From NCBI GenBank assembly GCA_963827655.1, contig CAWHCF010000008.1:128001-192000 (forward strand): DNA of 64,000 nt, given 5' to 3'. Positions 29,491 to 39,525 of this stretch are shown here, piece by piece (positions within the stretch are counted from its first letter, which is position 1; the number at the start of each line of letters is the position of its first letter). The notes below the pieces were generated by a model that was given only the letters and a program-made list of their open reading frames with translations, was not told the DNA's origin and did no database searches. The position numbers and the translations under genes were made by a program. Origin of the DNA: an uncultured Acidobacteriota bacterium (GTDB lineage Bacteria > Acidobacteriota > UBA6911).

Positions 29491-30096
29491 TCAGCCGGCG
29501 AGCCGGCGTAGCGTGTGCTTCAAAAGGTTTTCGAAGGTGCGGTCGCATTCACCCGCGGAGATTACGTTTAAAAGCGCGCGTTCGGCTCCGACTTTCGGGT
29601 AGCCGAGGTTCACCAGCGCGGAGACGATGTCGTCCTGAAGCCCATCGGTCTTATTCGCTTGAGCGGACTTCGCTGCGTGCTCGGGCAGCAGGAAGGGCGT
29701 GATGTGACCCTTCAGTTCGAGCACGACCCGTTCGGCGGTCTTGCGGCCGACTCCTGGAATCAGAGTAAGCCTCGGAACATTTTCGTCCGCAACCGCCTGC
29801 GCCAGCTCCTCCACCTTTCCTCCGGAAAGGATCGTAATAGCCAGCTTGGGACCGATTCCGCTGATTGATATGAGCCGAAGGAAGAGATCTTTTTCGCGTT
29901 GGGTGGTAAAACCGTACAGAATCAATGCATCTTCGCGAACGTGGGTGTGAATTTTCAAAACGACCTCGCTCCCCTCGCTCGGGAGCTCATAGAAACTTGT
30001 CAGCGGGATGTGAACTTCGTAACCCACACCGCGAACGTCGACTACAATCAGGTTGGGTTTCTTGGAAAGAAGCAGGCCTCGCAGATACCCGATCAT
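29491..30096 (-). CDS. ruvA: Holliday junction helicase RuvA
   Basis: [40 protein letters not shown]. Confidence 0.97.
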   Translation of the reverse strand: MIGYLRGLLLSKKPNLIVVDVRGVGYEVHIPLTSFYELPSEGSEVVLKIHTHVREDALILYGFTTQREKDLFLRLISISGIGPKLAITILSGGKVEELAQAVADENVPRLTLIPGVGRKTAERVVLELKGHITPFLLPEHAAKSAQANKTDGLQDDIVSALVNLGYPKVGAERALLNVISAGECDRTFENLLKHTLRRLAG

Positions 30097-30176
30097 TCAG
30101 AGGAGTCTAACCGAAAAACGAAACTTAAGCTAATATAGTCCGCTTTCATTGGCAAGCTAAATACCCGCGTGTCCTG

Positions 30177-30206
30177 ACCGCCACCAGGACGCGAAGACAC
30201 GAAGAA
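30177..30206 (+). repeat. 9-bp-periodic repeat
   Basis: ACCGCCACCAGGACGCGAAGACACGAAGAA. Confidence 0.72.
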
Positions 30207-30231
30207 TCATGAAGCACCCTTCCGGTCATTA

Positions 30232-32743
30232 ATGTCTCGGAGTCGATATCTCGCTCTGATCATTGCCCTCGCTTTCGCGTATTTCTTTCCCAACATTCGG
30301 GCCGGAGGGGTCCTGCTGCCGCTCGATGTTCTCCACCACCTGGGACCCTTCTCTGACTCGGTTCCGAAGGAGCTGGAAACGGTTCGGAACTTCCATCTAA
30401 CCGATCTGGTGACCATGATCTACCCTTGGACCGAACTTTTCCGCTCGGGAGGAGAGATCCTGCCGCTGTGGAATCCATATTCCTTTTGCGGATCCCCGCT
30501 GCTGGCCAGCGCCCAGACCGGGATGCTCTTTCCTGTCAGCTGGGCCTACAAGCTGTTCTCCTTCGGATTGGCCTCGCTTGTGGTGGGCATATCGAAACTG
30601 GCTTTTTGCGCCATCTTTGCTTTTCTGTACTACAGGAAATGCGGTTTCAACGAAATCGCCTGCCTGCTGGGAGCCCTGGCCTACATGTTGAGCGGGCAGA
30701 CCATTACCTGGTTGGGGTATCCCGGTGTGTTTCCCCTGGTTACTCTCCCCTTTGTTTTTTGGGCACTCGAGAATTACCTGGCCGACGTTTCCCGGAAGTT
30801 TTCCACCGCACCGGTCGTCAATCGTCAATCGTTCAATCGTCAATCGTCAATCGTCAATCGTCAATCGTGCCACCCCGTCCCTTGTCTGGGTTTCTGCGGG
30901 CTACGGGCTTCTCTTCCTGGGAAGCCAGCCGCAGTTCGGCTTTGTGATTGCGCTTGCGAGCGGGCTTTATTTTGCGGTGCGGGCGCGATGCCTGGGAGCT
31001 TGCGGTATCAGGCTCTGCCTGAACGTAGCGCTCTTTGCTCTCATCGGGCTATGTCTGGCCGCTCCGCAGATTCTCCCATTTGTCGAGTATCTCCGCGAAA
31101 GCGCTGCGTTCCGCTTGCGCGGGAGCTTTGGCTGGAAGCTTTATCCCTGGTATACCTTTGTTTCCTGGCCGTTGCCCCGTTTTTTCGGCGATGTGAACAA
31201 TTTCTGGGGGTTTTCCAGTGTTCTGGGCGAGGCGGTTTATGTAGGCACAATTCCCCTGGTTTTTGCCGGCCTCGGGTTGATTCTGGGGAAAAAAGACAGC
31301 TTTATCTGGGGTGTAGGTTCAGTCTTTGCCTTCGGTTTTCTGGGGTTGTATGTTCCGGTCACTCAGCAGCTTTACCAGTATCTTCCGGTGTTGTCGAACA
31401 TCGATAACAACAAGCTCGTGGTCTTGATTTGCTTTGGGCTGGCCTCCTTTTCTGTCGCGGGTATGCACAGCTTCCTGGAAGGACGCGCCCGTCCCAGCGG
31501 GATCCCTGTCCTTTGGCTCGGGATTGCGGCCCTTTGGAGCGGGCTGATTGCAATCGGGCTGGTCCATTTCCGCGCGGCCATAAACGAGATGGGACTGTGG
31601 AGGTTTGAGGCTTGGGAAGTAATGGCGTGGATAGTGGTCGTGGCAGGCGCCTTTGGAATCTTGTGGCTGTGGCGTAACCGGAAGCTCTCGACCAGGAATG
31701 CCGGCATTGCGCTAGTGGCGCTTACGGTGGGCGATTTGTTCCGCGTCTGGCTCAATTATTATCCTTCATACTCAACCGATTATCTGCGGCCGCGCTCCAG
31801 GTCGGTGGAATTCCTCGAGCAGAATCTTGGCGAAAGTCGATTCTTCGGCCTGGACGGGTTCCTCCCCCCTGAGACTTCGGTCATCTACCGGCTGCAAGAT
31901 GTCCGCGGAATCGAAGGACTGACACCTTACCGCTATTATCAGGTACTCGGTAAGATCGATCCTGGAGTGCATGATCTTCTTGCCCGGCTGCAGGCCGGGG
32001 CGCCCAAGCATGGCAAGTGGACGCAGGAAACTCTCTACTACCGTTCGCTAGAGCGATATCTCAGGAGCGACAATCCTGAGATTCAATCTGCCCTCCGCCG
32101 TCTGGATTACTGGAGCAACGATGTTTCGCGGCTCGAGCGTCCGGGCTTGCTCTCGCTGCTGGGTGTCCGATTCATTCTCTGTCCCAAGGGAAACATGCTG
32201 GCAGCGTCGGCCGGGTTTCGGCTGGTGCACACTTCTGATGCGGAGGTGTGGGAAAACCCTGGCTATTGGCCAAGAGCCTTCGTCAGCACGCAGCCGGTTT
32301 TCGTGGACGAGGAGGAGAAAGCGCTGCAGGTGATTTCAGATCCGGCTTTCCTCTCTTTCAAGTCGGCGGTGATTTGTCTGAGAGAAGGAGAACTGTCCAA
32401 ACATCCGGCGATCAGTTCCGGGAAACCGGAGCTTATTCCGGCTCGCGTCGACCGTTATACTCTCCACTCGGTGGATATAACTGCGGAATCTCCCGAACCG
32501 GGATGGCTGGTTTTGTCTGATCTGTTTTATCCTGGTTGGCAGGCCGCGATAGACGGCAAGCCCGTTCCGATCTTCTCAGGAAACTACTTATTTCGAGCGG
32601 TCGAACTGCCTCCCGGGAAGCATCATGTCCGGTTCGTGTATCGTCCGCTCGCTTTTCATGTGGGTGTCGGGCTGTTTTGTCTCGCGCTTGTTGCTCTGGT
32701 GGCGACAGGACTCAGCACCAGGATGCGAAGAGTCCAAGCTTGA
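30232..32743 (+). CDS. YfhO-like (GT-C) membrane protein, frameshifted inside a heptamer array
   Basis: PLWNPYSFCGSPLL near the N-terminus; WLVLSDLFYPGWQAAIDG..LFRAV.LPPGKH at the C-terminus; frame changes at 30815-30868. Confidence 0.85.
30815..30868 (+). repeat. Intragenic (TCGTCAA)7 tandem array
   Basis: Seven units; the third is 8 nt (TCGTTCAA). Confidence 0.92.
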
Positions 32744-32764
32744 TTTCAAGGATTTTGGCTTCGT

Positions 32765-35074
32765 ATGCGCCGATCTGTAAAACACGCGCTCTGGTTGTTG
32801 GCTATCCTCTGCCTTGAGGTTGCGATTTACGCTCCGAACTTCAAGAAATTCTTCTGTGGCGACAGCCTCTTTTATCTCAGTCGAGTTCTCGAAGATTGGG
32901 TAGATGTGGTGGCTAAATTCCGCTCCCCGGATGGGCTAGGCCAGTACCGTCCCCTTGCTTACGTGTTGTTTAGCTATGTGATATATCCGGTCGCAGGACT
33001 CGACCTGTTTCGCAACCATATTTTCCCGCTGCTCTTCCACGGGGCGAATACCGTACTCGCCTATTTCGTCGCGCGCCACATCTTTGCCGACGGCTGGCGC
33101 CCCCTGATGGCAGCCTTTTTCTTCGGCGTCAGCTCGATCGGAGCCTATGTAACCTACGACAACACCTTTGTTCCCGACTACCTTTACGTGTTCTTCTTCC
33201 TTGGAGCCAGTCTGAGCCTTTGCCGCTCTCTCGAGAAGAATTTTCCGTGGAATTACACGCTTGCCCTGGTTTTGTTCCTCCTGGCGCTGCTGAGCAAAGA
33301 GGCGGCCGTGAGCTTTGCGGCTGGCGCGCTTATCCTCCTGCTGCTCGCAATTAGTGTCCGACAGCCAACCGAAGGGATCAGTTCTGGCGGTTCCGTTGCG
33401 CCTGAAGGGAATCTCCACGCCGGCTGGAAGCGTAAGTCGAGAGTCGTGCTGATGTGCGTTCCCTTTGCGCTGGTGACGGTAGCCTACATCGGCTGGCACC
33501 TGGCTGTGAAAGGCGGGAATCTCTATCCGTCCGATCCCAGCCAGCCTCACCGGCTGGAGATAAGCTGGAGAAACGCGCAATCCAAGTTTCCAGCATTTGT
33601 CCAGGCAACAGGGCTGTCGAGTTCCATGGGCGCGGAATGGTACGACCTGGTTGTACAGATCCCTCTTATGATCTGGTTAACCTGGGTTGTAATCTGCACC
33701 CTGCGGGGAGCGTTACGCGGAAAGCATATTTTCATGGCGGGAGCGCTCTGGAGCATGGCAACCATCGCCCCAGCGCTCTTTGTCACAGCCCAAACCTGGG
33801 AACACAATCTTTATTTGCCTACGCTCGGCCTCGCCTGGATCTTTGCCCAGAGCGCGGGGGAAGTGCGTTGGGCGAACCGGTTCGGGGGGGTGCTGGCCGG
33901 CGCGATAGTTGTGGTGGTGACGGTAGCGACGGCAGGAAATGCCATGGCTGTTCGCCAATCGAGCTGGATGGCCGTCGGCTCAAAGATTACAGAGAATTGT
34001 CTGGCCGATATCAGGCGAATTCAGCCTCCTGTTACATCGAACACGCTGCTTTACGTCGAAGAGTCCAGAGGGGAGAAGATCGCTTGGCACTTTGACAGTG
34101 GTCAGTTTCCGGGGACGCTCCTGTCCGATCGAAGCATCCGAATGAGATTCTGGGACGATGGCCGTCCCGCTCCGACCGAAAGGATGCTGGAGACAGGACG
34201 TGTGGTTCTGCTGAAATACATCGATGGACGCCTCTACGATGTGACCCGGAGGCGCCGCCTGGAGAAGCTTGACACCTGGAGCTATCGGATTAGGGATCAT
34301 TGGAAACGCGGGGCTACCGCCTCGGTGACGGCTGATTCGGAACTCGCCGGCCCCGTTTGGAACAGGGTCGACGAGACCTCGTTCTTCCCATTTTCTTTCG
34401 GCCTCAACGGGGATGGCCGCGATACCCTGGTGCAGGTTCCCGGGATTGTCTACTCGCACCTCTTGCCTGAAATCGTTCCGGGGAGCAAGCTCAGGATCGG
34501 CCTCGTGCTGGCCTCGGCCGGAGGCGGCGGCGTGTTTGCTGAAGTGAGTCTTGAAGGGGCGGGCAGCCGCAAGACCCTGTATTCCCGCCGGCTAACGGCC
34601 GAGAATTCTCCGGGCGAACACGGTTGGGATGATCAAGTCATCGATTTGGGAGGTCTCCAGGGGACGGGATACCGACTGAAACTTCTCGCCGAAGCCCTGC
34701 CTGCTGAAGCGGCAAGACCGAATTGGGTGGAATGGGGGCCGTTGGATCTCGTTCCCCCGATGGCTCAGAATCTCGAGCTTCCTCCTCCGATTCAGCCGGT
34801 TCAGCCGTCAGGGATCCGCATTCATCCGCCACGGATCAGAAAGGGAGAGGTTGCAACCATTGAAGTAATCGGCGGGGCAGAGATGGAGGTCGACTGTCGG
34901 TACACGCTCGATTCTTCTCCCGTCCGGAGCCTTATGAGCTGGCTTACCACCGACGCAAGCGGAAGGCAGCACGTTTCGGTGAATACTCCGGGTCACTATG
35001 TCATCACGGCGATACGAAACGCGCTGCGGCCAGACTGGGTTCCAATCCACTACGAATGGGATTGTCTGCCTTGA
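32765..35074 (+). CDS. Polytopic membrane protein (GT-C/TMTC-like N-terminus) with extracytoplasmic beta-rich domains
   Basis: YRPL, H..N, LALLSKE.A and LYLP motifs; more than ten hydrophobic segments. Confidence 0.7.
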   Translation: MRRSVKHALWLLAILCLEVAIYAPNFKKFFCGDSLFYLSRVLEDWVDVVAKFRSPDGLGQYRPLAYVLFSYVIYPVAGLDLFRNHIFPLLFHGANTVLAYFVARHIFADGWRPLMAAFFFGVSSIGAYVTYDNTFVPDYLYVFFFLGASLSLCRSLEKNFPWNYTLALVLFLLALLSKEAAVSFAAGALILLLLAISVRQPTEGISSGGSVAPEGNLHAGWKRKSRVVLMCVPFALVTVAYIGWHLAVKGGNLYPSDPSQPHRLEISWRNAQSKFPAFVQATGLSSSMGAEWYDLVVQIPLMIWLTWVVICTLRGALRGKHIFMAGALWSMATIAPALFVTAQTWEHNLYLPTLGLAWIFAQSAGEVRWANRFGGVLAGAIVVVVTVATAGNAMAVRQSSWMAVGSKITENCLADIRRIQPPVTSNTLLYVEESRGEKIAWHFDSGQFPGTLLSDRSIRMRFWDDGRPAPTERMLETGRVVLLKYIDGRLYDVTRRRRLEKLDTWSYRIRDHWKRGATASVTADSELAGPVWNRVDETSFFPFSFGLNGDGRDTLVQVPGIVYSHLLPEIVPGSKLRIGLVLASAGGGGVFAEVSLEGAGSRKTLYSRRLTAENSPGEHGWDDQVIDLGGLQGTGYRLKLLAEALPAEAARPNWVEWGPLDLVPPMAQNLELPPPIQPVQPSGIRIHPPRIRKGEVATIEVIGGAEMEVDCRYTLDSSPVRSLMSWLTTDASGRQHVSVNTPGHYVITAIRNALRPDWVPIHYEWDCLP

Positions 35075-35194
35075 CCGCCTTTTCTCCTCTCGGTTGTGGC
35101 GGGTTATCTTGACTCCTGGGAATCCACTCGACCGCGAGAGCCGGCAGCGAGTTCTTCCGTTGAATAGGCTTCATGATGATTCTGTTAAGCGGCA

Positions 35195-35224
35195 TTCACC
35201 GCGAGGACGCCAAGAAACGCGAAA
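35195..35224 (+). repeat. 9-bp-periodic repeat
   Basis: TTCACCGCGAGGACGCCAAGAAACGCGAAA. Confidence 0.65.
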
Positions 35225-35284
35225 CATCTTGCCGCGGAAGTATGCTATAAAACGATCGCTCCTGAATCATACGGTGGGCAAGTC

Positions 35285-36079
35285 ATGATGGATTCCGAGA
35301 CTGCTATCAAAGACCAGATCGTCGAGCTCGGACGACGTCTGTACGGGAACAAGTTCATCGCGGCGGCTGATGGAAATATCAGCGCCCGGTTGGGGGACGT
35401 TCTTTTTTTCACACCCACCGGCATGTGTAAGGGCTACTTGAAACCCGACGACATCGTCAAGACGGATCTGAATGGGAAAAAACTTGAAGGGAGTCGAAAC
35501 CCTTCCTCTGAAGCGCTCATGCATCTCGAGGTCTATCGTCTTCGTCCTGATGTGCACGCGGTAGTTCATGCACACCCTCCCTATGCGACCGGCTACGCGG
35601 TTGCGGGTCTTGCGCTGGACAAGGCGCTCCTGCCCGAAGTCATTCTCGCGATGGGGTGCATTCCGTTGGCCGAATACAGCACGCCCACGACTGAGGAAGT
35701 CGCCCGCGCTATTCGCGATCTGGTCCCGCGTCACGATGCTCTGCTGCTCAGTAATCATGGCGCGGTAACTTATGGTAAAGACTTGGAAACGGCCTATTAC
35801 AGGATGGAAACCCTCGAACACTTCGCTCGCATCAGTATCGTCGCCAAGATTCTGGGACGCGAACGCGTGCTTTCGGAAGACGATCTTCGTCGTCTCTACG
35901 CCTCCCAATATAAGGGCGAGCAACAGGCGGGGGGCATGGTACTGAAGCCATCGCCGACTCCAGGTTGCCCCCTGCCGGCCGAGAGCTTCGCGGCTTCAGG
36001 CGAAGAGACGGTGACTTTAACTCGAAGCCAGTTGTTTGAAATCATAGACGAGATCGTCAACAGAGTTCAGCGGCAATAA
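35285..36079 (+). CDS. Class II aldolase (FucA/AraD family) with C-terminal encapsulation peptide
   Basis: DGNISAR, PSSE..MH, VVHAHP, NHGA; linker followed by amphipathic [15 protein letters not shown]. Confidence 0.92.
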   Translation: MMDSETAIKDQIVELGRRLYGNKFIAAADGNISARLGDVLFFTPTGMCKGYLKPDDIVKTDLNGKKLEGSRNPSSEALMHLEVYRLRPDVHAVVHAHPPYATGYAVAGLALDKALLPEVILAMGCIPLAEYSTPTTEEVARAIRDLVPRHDALLLSNHGAVTYGKDLETAYYRMETLEHFARISIVAKILGRERVLSEDDLRRLYASQYKGEQQAGGMVLKPSPTPGCPLPAESFAASGEETVTLTRSQLFEIIDEIVNRVQRQ

Positions 36080-36090
36080 GAGGAGGACAA

Positions 36091-36390
36091 ATGGCCGAAC
36101 AGATGGAAGCATTAGGCATGATCGAGACCAAGGGCTTGGTCGCGATGATCGAGGCTGCGGACGCGATGGTGAAGGCGGCCAAAGTGACTCTCGTGGGCTG
36201 GGAGAAAATCGGATCAGGACTTGTGACCGCGATCGTCCGGGGAGACGTAGCCGCGGTGAAGGCTGCCACCGATGCAGGGGCAGCGGCCGCTCGTCGTGTG
36301 GGCGAGCTGGTCTCGGTACATGTCATACCCAGGCCGCATCAGAACCTGGACGAGCGGTTGCCTATTGTTCCAAAGTCCAGGAACGGCTAA
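36091..36390 (+). CDS. Microcompartment shell hexamer (BMC-H)
   Basis: [34 protein letters not shown]. Confidence 0.97.
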   Translation: MAEQMEALGMIETKGLVAMIEAADAMVKAAKVTLVGWEKIGSGLVTAIVRGDVAAVKAATDAGAAAARRVGELVSVHVIPRPHQNLDERLPIVPKSRNG

Positions 36391-36395
36391 GCCGA

Positions 36396-36674
36396 ATGAT
36401 ACTCGGACGTATTGCGGGAACGGTCGTCGCCACCCGCAAAGATGAAAAGCTGGAAGGGAAGAAGCTCCTTCTGGTCCAGACCATCGATCCCGAAAGCGGC
36501 GCGGAGACAGGGTACGTAATTGCTGTCGACACGGTTGGAGCTGGTGCCGGCGAAACCGTGATATGCGTGTCCGGAAGCTCGGCGCGGATGGCTACGGGCC
36601 TCAAGGATCATCCGGTAGACACGGCGATTGTCGGTATCGTAGACGCGCTTCAGCTGAATCATCCTGGATCTTGA
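36396..36674 (+). CDS. Microcompartment pentamer (BMC-P, EutN/CcmL)
   Basis: GTVVATRK, AVDTVGAGAGE, GSSAR, IVGIVD. Confidence 0.96.
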   Translation: MILGRIAGTVVATRKDEKLEGKKLLLVQTIDPESGAETGYVIAVDTVGAGAGETVICVSGSSARMATGLKDHPVDTAIVGIVDALQLNHPGS

Positions 36675-36681
36675 GATCTGT

Positions 36682-36960
36682 ATGCGGCTTGCCCGTGTGG
36701 TTGGAAATCTGGTTGCTACGGTAAAAGACTCCGCACTCGTCGGGAAGAAGATCTTGATTCTGAAACATGTTAACGAGCAGGGCGGGGCCAGCGGACGAGC
36801 GTTCATCGCGCTTGACTCCATAGGCGCGGGCGCCGGTGAAATGGTTTACTACGTGAAAGGGAAGGAAGCTTCTTTCCCGTTTCTTCCGGATGAAGTTCCA
36901 TCGGATGCCACGATCGTGGGGATCGTCGATTCCTGGGATGGAATGAAGGTCCAGCTGTGA
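36682..36960 (+). CDS. Microcompartment pentamer (BMC-P)
   Basis: VVGNLVATVK, ALDSIGAGAGE, GKEAS, IVGIVD. Confidence 0.95.
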   Translation: MRLARVVGNLVATVKDSALVGKKILILKHVNEQGGASGRAFIALDSIGAGAGEMVYYVKGKEASFPFLPDEVPSDATIVGIVDSWDGMKVQL

Positions 36961-37235
36961 TCCTGGCGCGCGTGATTGGACATGTGGTTGCCACTCAAAA
37001 GGATCCCAGTCATCTCGGAAGCAAGATCCTTCGAGTGCAGCCTCTGGACTTGCTTGGCCGCGAGAAGGGCGAAAGCTTGCTGGCCCTCGACACGCTTGAC
37101 TCCGGACCTGGAGACCAGGTCGTGGTGACCCAGGATGGTTGGAGTGCGGGGTGGGTGATCCGGCGACCCGGAGCTGCGGTTGATGCCGCCATTATCGGCA
37201 TCGTGGATTACGTGGATCTTGCCAAGCAGCCATAG
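36957..37235 (+). CDS. Microcompartment pentamer (BMC-P)
   Basis: VIGHVVATQK, ALDTLDSGPGD, GWSAG, IIGIVD. Confidence 0.95.
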   Translation: MILARVIGHVVATQKDPSHLGSKILRVQPLDLLGREKGESLLALDTLDSGPGDQVVVTQDGWSAGWVIRRPGAAVDAAIIGIVDYVDLAKQP

Positions 37236-37468
37236 GGTTGATGAAGTACGCCGCTTTTGGGGTGTGCCAACCGTGCTCGCACAAGACGAAGCAAGATTCG
37301 CCCAACGAAGGCGGTAGCAAGCCAAATTGAGTGCGTAAGCTTGCGGCCGCGCCCGCGAAATGGCCAGACTCCAGTCCCTGCTTCACGGCCGGGCCTCTCT
37401 GTCGGCCTTCAGCTCCTCAACTACTCCAAAATACGTTGCCACATCGTGCGGGATCTTCATTGCGGAGG

Positions 37469-38377
37469 CTAGGGAGACGAGCCGGTTGACGCCTGTTTCG
37501 TATAAGCCACGAGATCTTCCACGAAGGCCGTCAGGGCCAAGGAAAAATACTTGTCGCGCCGGTGCACCAATCCCATCGGGCGGGTGAGATCGGTTCCTCG
37601 TATTCTTGCTGTGCGCAGCCGTCCTGTGCGCGCTTCATCGGCGACCGACATTTCCGGAAGCAGCGAAACGCCGAGTCCCACTTCCACCAGCCGCTTGATC
37701 ACCTCGATCGTACTCACCTCCATGCGTACCTGTCCCTTGAGTCCTGGAGGCTCCAGCAGGCTGTCGATCCACTCCCGGGTCACGGTATCAGGTTTCAGGT
37801 GAATGATCGGCTGATCGTGTAGATCGGCAAGCCGGAGGTGGCGCCGCCGCTCGAACGGGTGGCCAGGGGGAAAAACCAGAACAAACCGATCCTGGTAGAT
37901 TTTTCGCGCTTCGATCCCTTCGGCCGCCACCGGGAGCGTCACGATTCCCACGTCGATTTCGTCCGAGCTTATCAGATCAAGGACCCGCCGCGAGATCTGC
38001 GTAAAGAGCCTCAGCTCGATGCCCGGATACTTCTGGATGAACTGGCGAAGAACTCGCGGCAGCAGGTAGAGGCAGACTGTGTCGCTGGCGCCCAGTGAGA
38101 CCCGCCCGACCCGCCGAGCCGACAAGTCAGCCAATTCCGTGCGCAGAGTCTCCAATTCGCCCAGAATCGATTCGGCTCTTCGGCGCAAGATTTCCCCGGC
38201 CGGAGTCAGGGTGACCCCGCGTCGCCGCCGTTCCAGCAATCGATGGCCCAGTTCAGCCTCGAGGCTCTGAATTTTCAGGCTGATGGCCGGTTGAGTGCGA
38301 TAAAGCTCCAGCGAAGCCCGCGAGATGCTGCCCAGCCGCACCACGGCGAGGAAAGCGCGAATCTGATCGAGATCCAT
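37469..38377 (-). CDS. LysR family transcriptional regulator
   Basis: N-terminal HTH (TQPAISLKIQSLEAELG..L..R); LysR substrate-binding domain. Confidence 0.95.
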   Translation of the reverse strand: MDLDQIRAFLAVVRLGSISRASLELYRTQPAISLKIQSLEAELGHRLLERRRRGVTLTPAGEILRRRAESILGELETLRTELADLSARRVGRVSLGASDTVCLYLLPRVLRQFIQKYPGIELRLFTQISRRVLDLISSDEIDVGIVTLPVAAEGIEARKIYQDRFVLVFPPGHPFERRRHLRLADLHDQPIIHLKPDTVTREWIDSLLEPPGLKGQVRMEVSTIEVIKRLVEVGLGVSLLPEMSVADEARTGRLRTARIRGTDLTRPMGLVHRRDKYFSLALTAFVEDLVAYTKQASTGSSP

Positions 38378-38431
38378 GATCGAGTGGCTTTATTCGGCCC
38401 CTTTATCACCGCGATCCGGGCCGTTTAACCA

Positions 38432-38510
38432 TGGGTAGTATAATATAAACTTATGGAAACCATAATCAATATAAATTGGACAAATTCGGGGACGCGAGTC
38501 AGGATATCAC
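38432..38510. promoter_or_regulatory. Divergent LysR/pur promoter region with LysR-type box
   Basis: AT-rich TAATATAAACTTATGGAAACCATAATCAATATAAATTGGACA, containing the dyad TTATGG-AAA-CCATAA. Confidence 0.55.
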
Positions 38511-38549
38511 GCGTATGGGTCGCGGCCGACCCGGGCCGAGGAGAAAACG

Positions 38550-38807
38550 ATGATCGTTCGAGTGTTCGTTGCGTTGAAGCCAAGCGTCCTGGATCCGCAG
38601 GGGATAGCTGTTCAAAAGGCTCTTAATACCTTGGGTTATGCGCAGGCTGCGGAGGTGCGGCAGGGAAAATACTTCGAGATTTGCTGGCGCGGAAGTCTGA
38701 GCGACCAGGCGGAGCGAGAGAAGGTGGAAGCCATCGCCTCTCGAGTGCTGTCAAATCCGGTGATCGAAAGCTACCGCATCGAGTGGCCCGACGGAGGTCA
38801 GGCATGA
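38550..38807 (+). CDS. purS: FGAM synthase subunit PurS
   Basis: [22 protein letters not shown]. Confidence 0.95.
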   Translation: MIVRVFVALKPSVLDPQGIAVQKALNTLGYAQAAEVRQGKYFEICWRGSLSDQAEREKVEAIASRVLSNPVIESYRIEWPDGGQA

Positions 38808-39496
38808 AGGCGGGCGTGGTCGTCTTTCCGGGTTCGAACTGCGATCACGACACGTATCATGCGCTCCGGTACTGTGTGGGAGCGGACACGGAGTTCCTGT
38901 GGCACGGAGACCGGGATCTCCCGGCTTGTGATCTGGTCGTACTGCCCGGCGGATTCTCTTACGGCGACTATCTCAGAACGGGCGCCATCGCCCGTTTCTC
39001 GCCGGTAATGGAGGGAGTCCGCCGACATGCCGAACGGGGCGGGCTGGTGCTTGGAATCTGCAACGGCTTTCAGATTCTGCAGGAAGCGGGACTGCTTCCG
39101 GGTGCGATGCTCAGGAACCGGGGGCTCAAGTTTATCTGCCGTTATGTGGATCTCAGGGTTGAACGAGGCGACACTGCTTTCAGTCGAACCTACGAACGGG
39201 GCCAGGTGGTGCGCATGCCCATCGCTCACAACGAGGGTAATTTCTATGCGTCTCCGGAAGAGCTGGAGCGGCTGGAAGGGAAGGGTCAGGTTCTCTTCCG
39301 CTATTGTTCTCCCTCGGGCGTGGTCGACGACGAAGGCAATCCCAACGGCTCCCTGAATAACATTGCAGGAATCACCAACGAAGCGGGGAACGTAATGGGC
39401 TTGATGCCTCATCCGGAGCGGGCCTCCGAACCCTGTCTGGGATCCGACGATGGCAGAAAGGTCTTCACGTCGTTGCTGGAAGCAGTAGGCAGTTAG
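38804..39496 (+). CDS. purQ: FGAM synthase subunit PurQ
   Basis: [31 protein letters not shown]. Confidence 0.97.
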   Translation: MKAGVVVFPGSNCDHDTYHALRYCVGADTEFLWHGDRDLPACDLVVLPGGFSYGDYLRTGAIARFSPVMEGVRRHAERGGLVLGICNGFQILQEAGLLPGAMLRNRGLKFICRYVDLRVERGDTAFSRTYERGQVVRMPIAHNEGNFYASPEELERLEGKGQVLFRYCSPSGVVDDEGNPNGSLNNIAGITNEAGNVMGLMPHPERASEPCLGSDDGRKVFTSLLEAVGS

Positions 39497-39525
39497 CAGT
39501 AGTGGTGCCGACTGGTTGGGAGGCA

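Noticed and set aside
13724-30868. CRISPR array interpretation of the repeats
   Set aside because: Units are 7-9 bp tandem repeats without unique spacers, and there are no cas genes.
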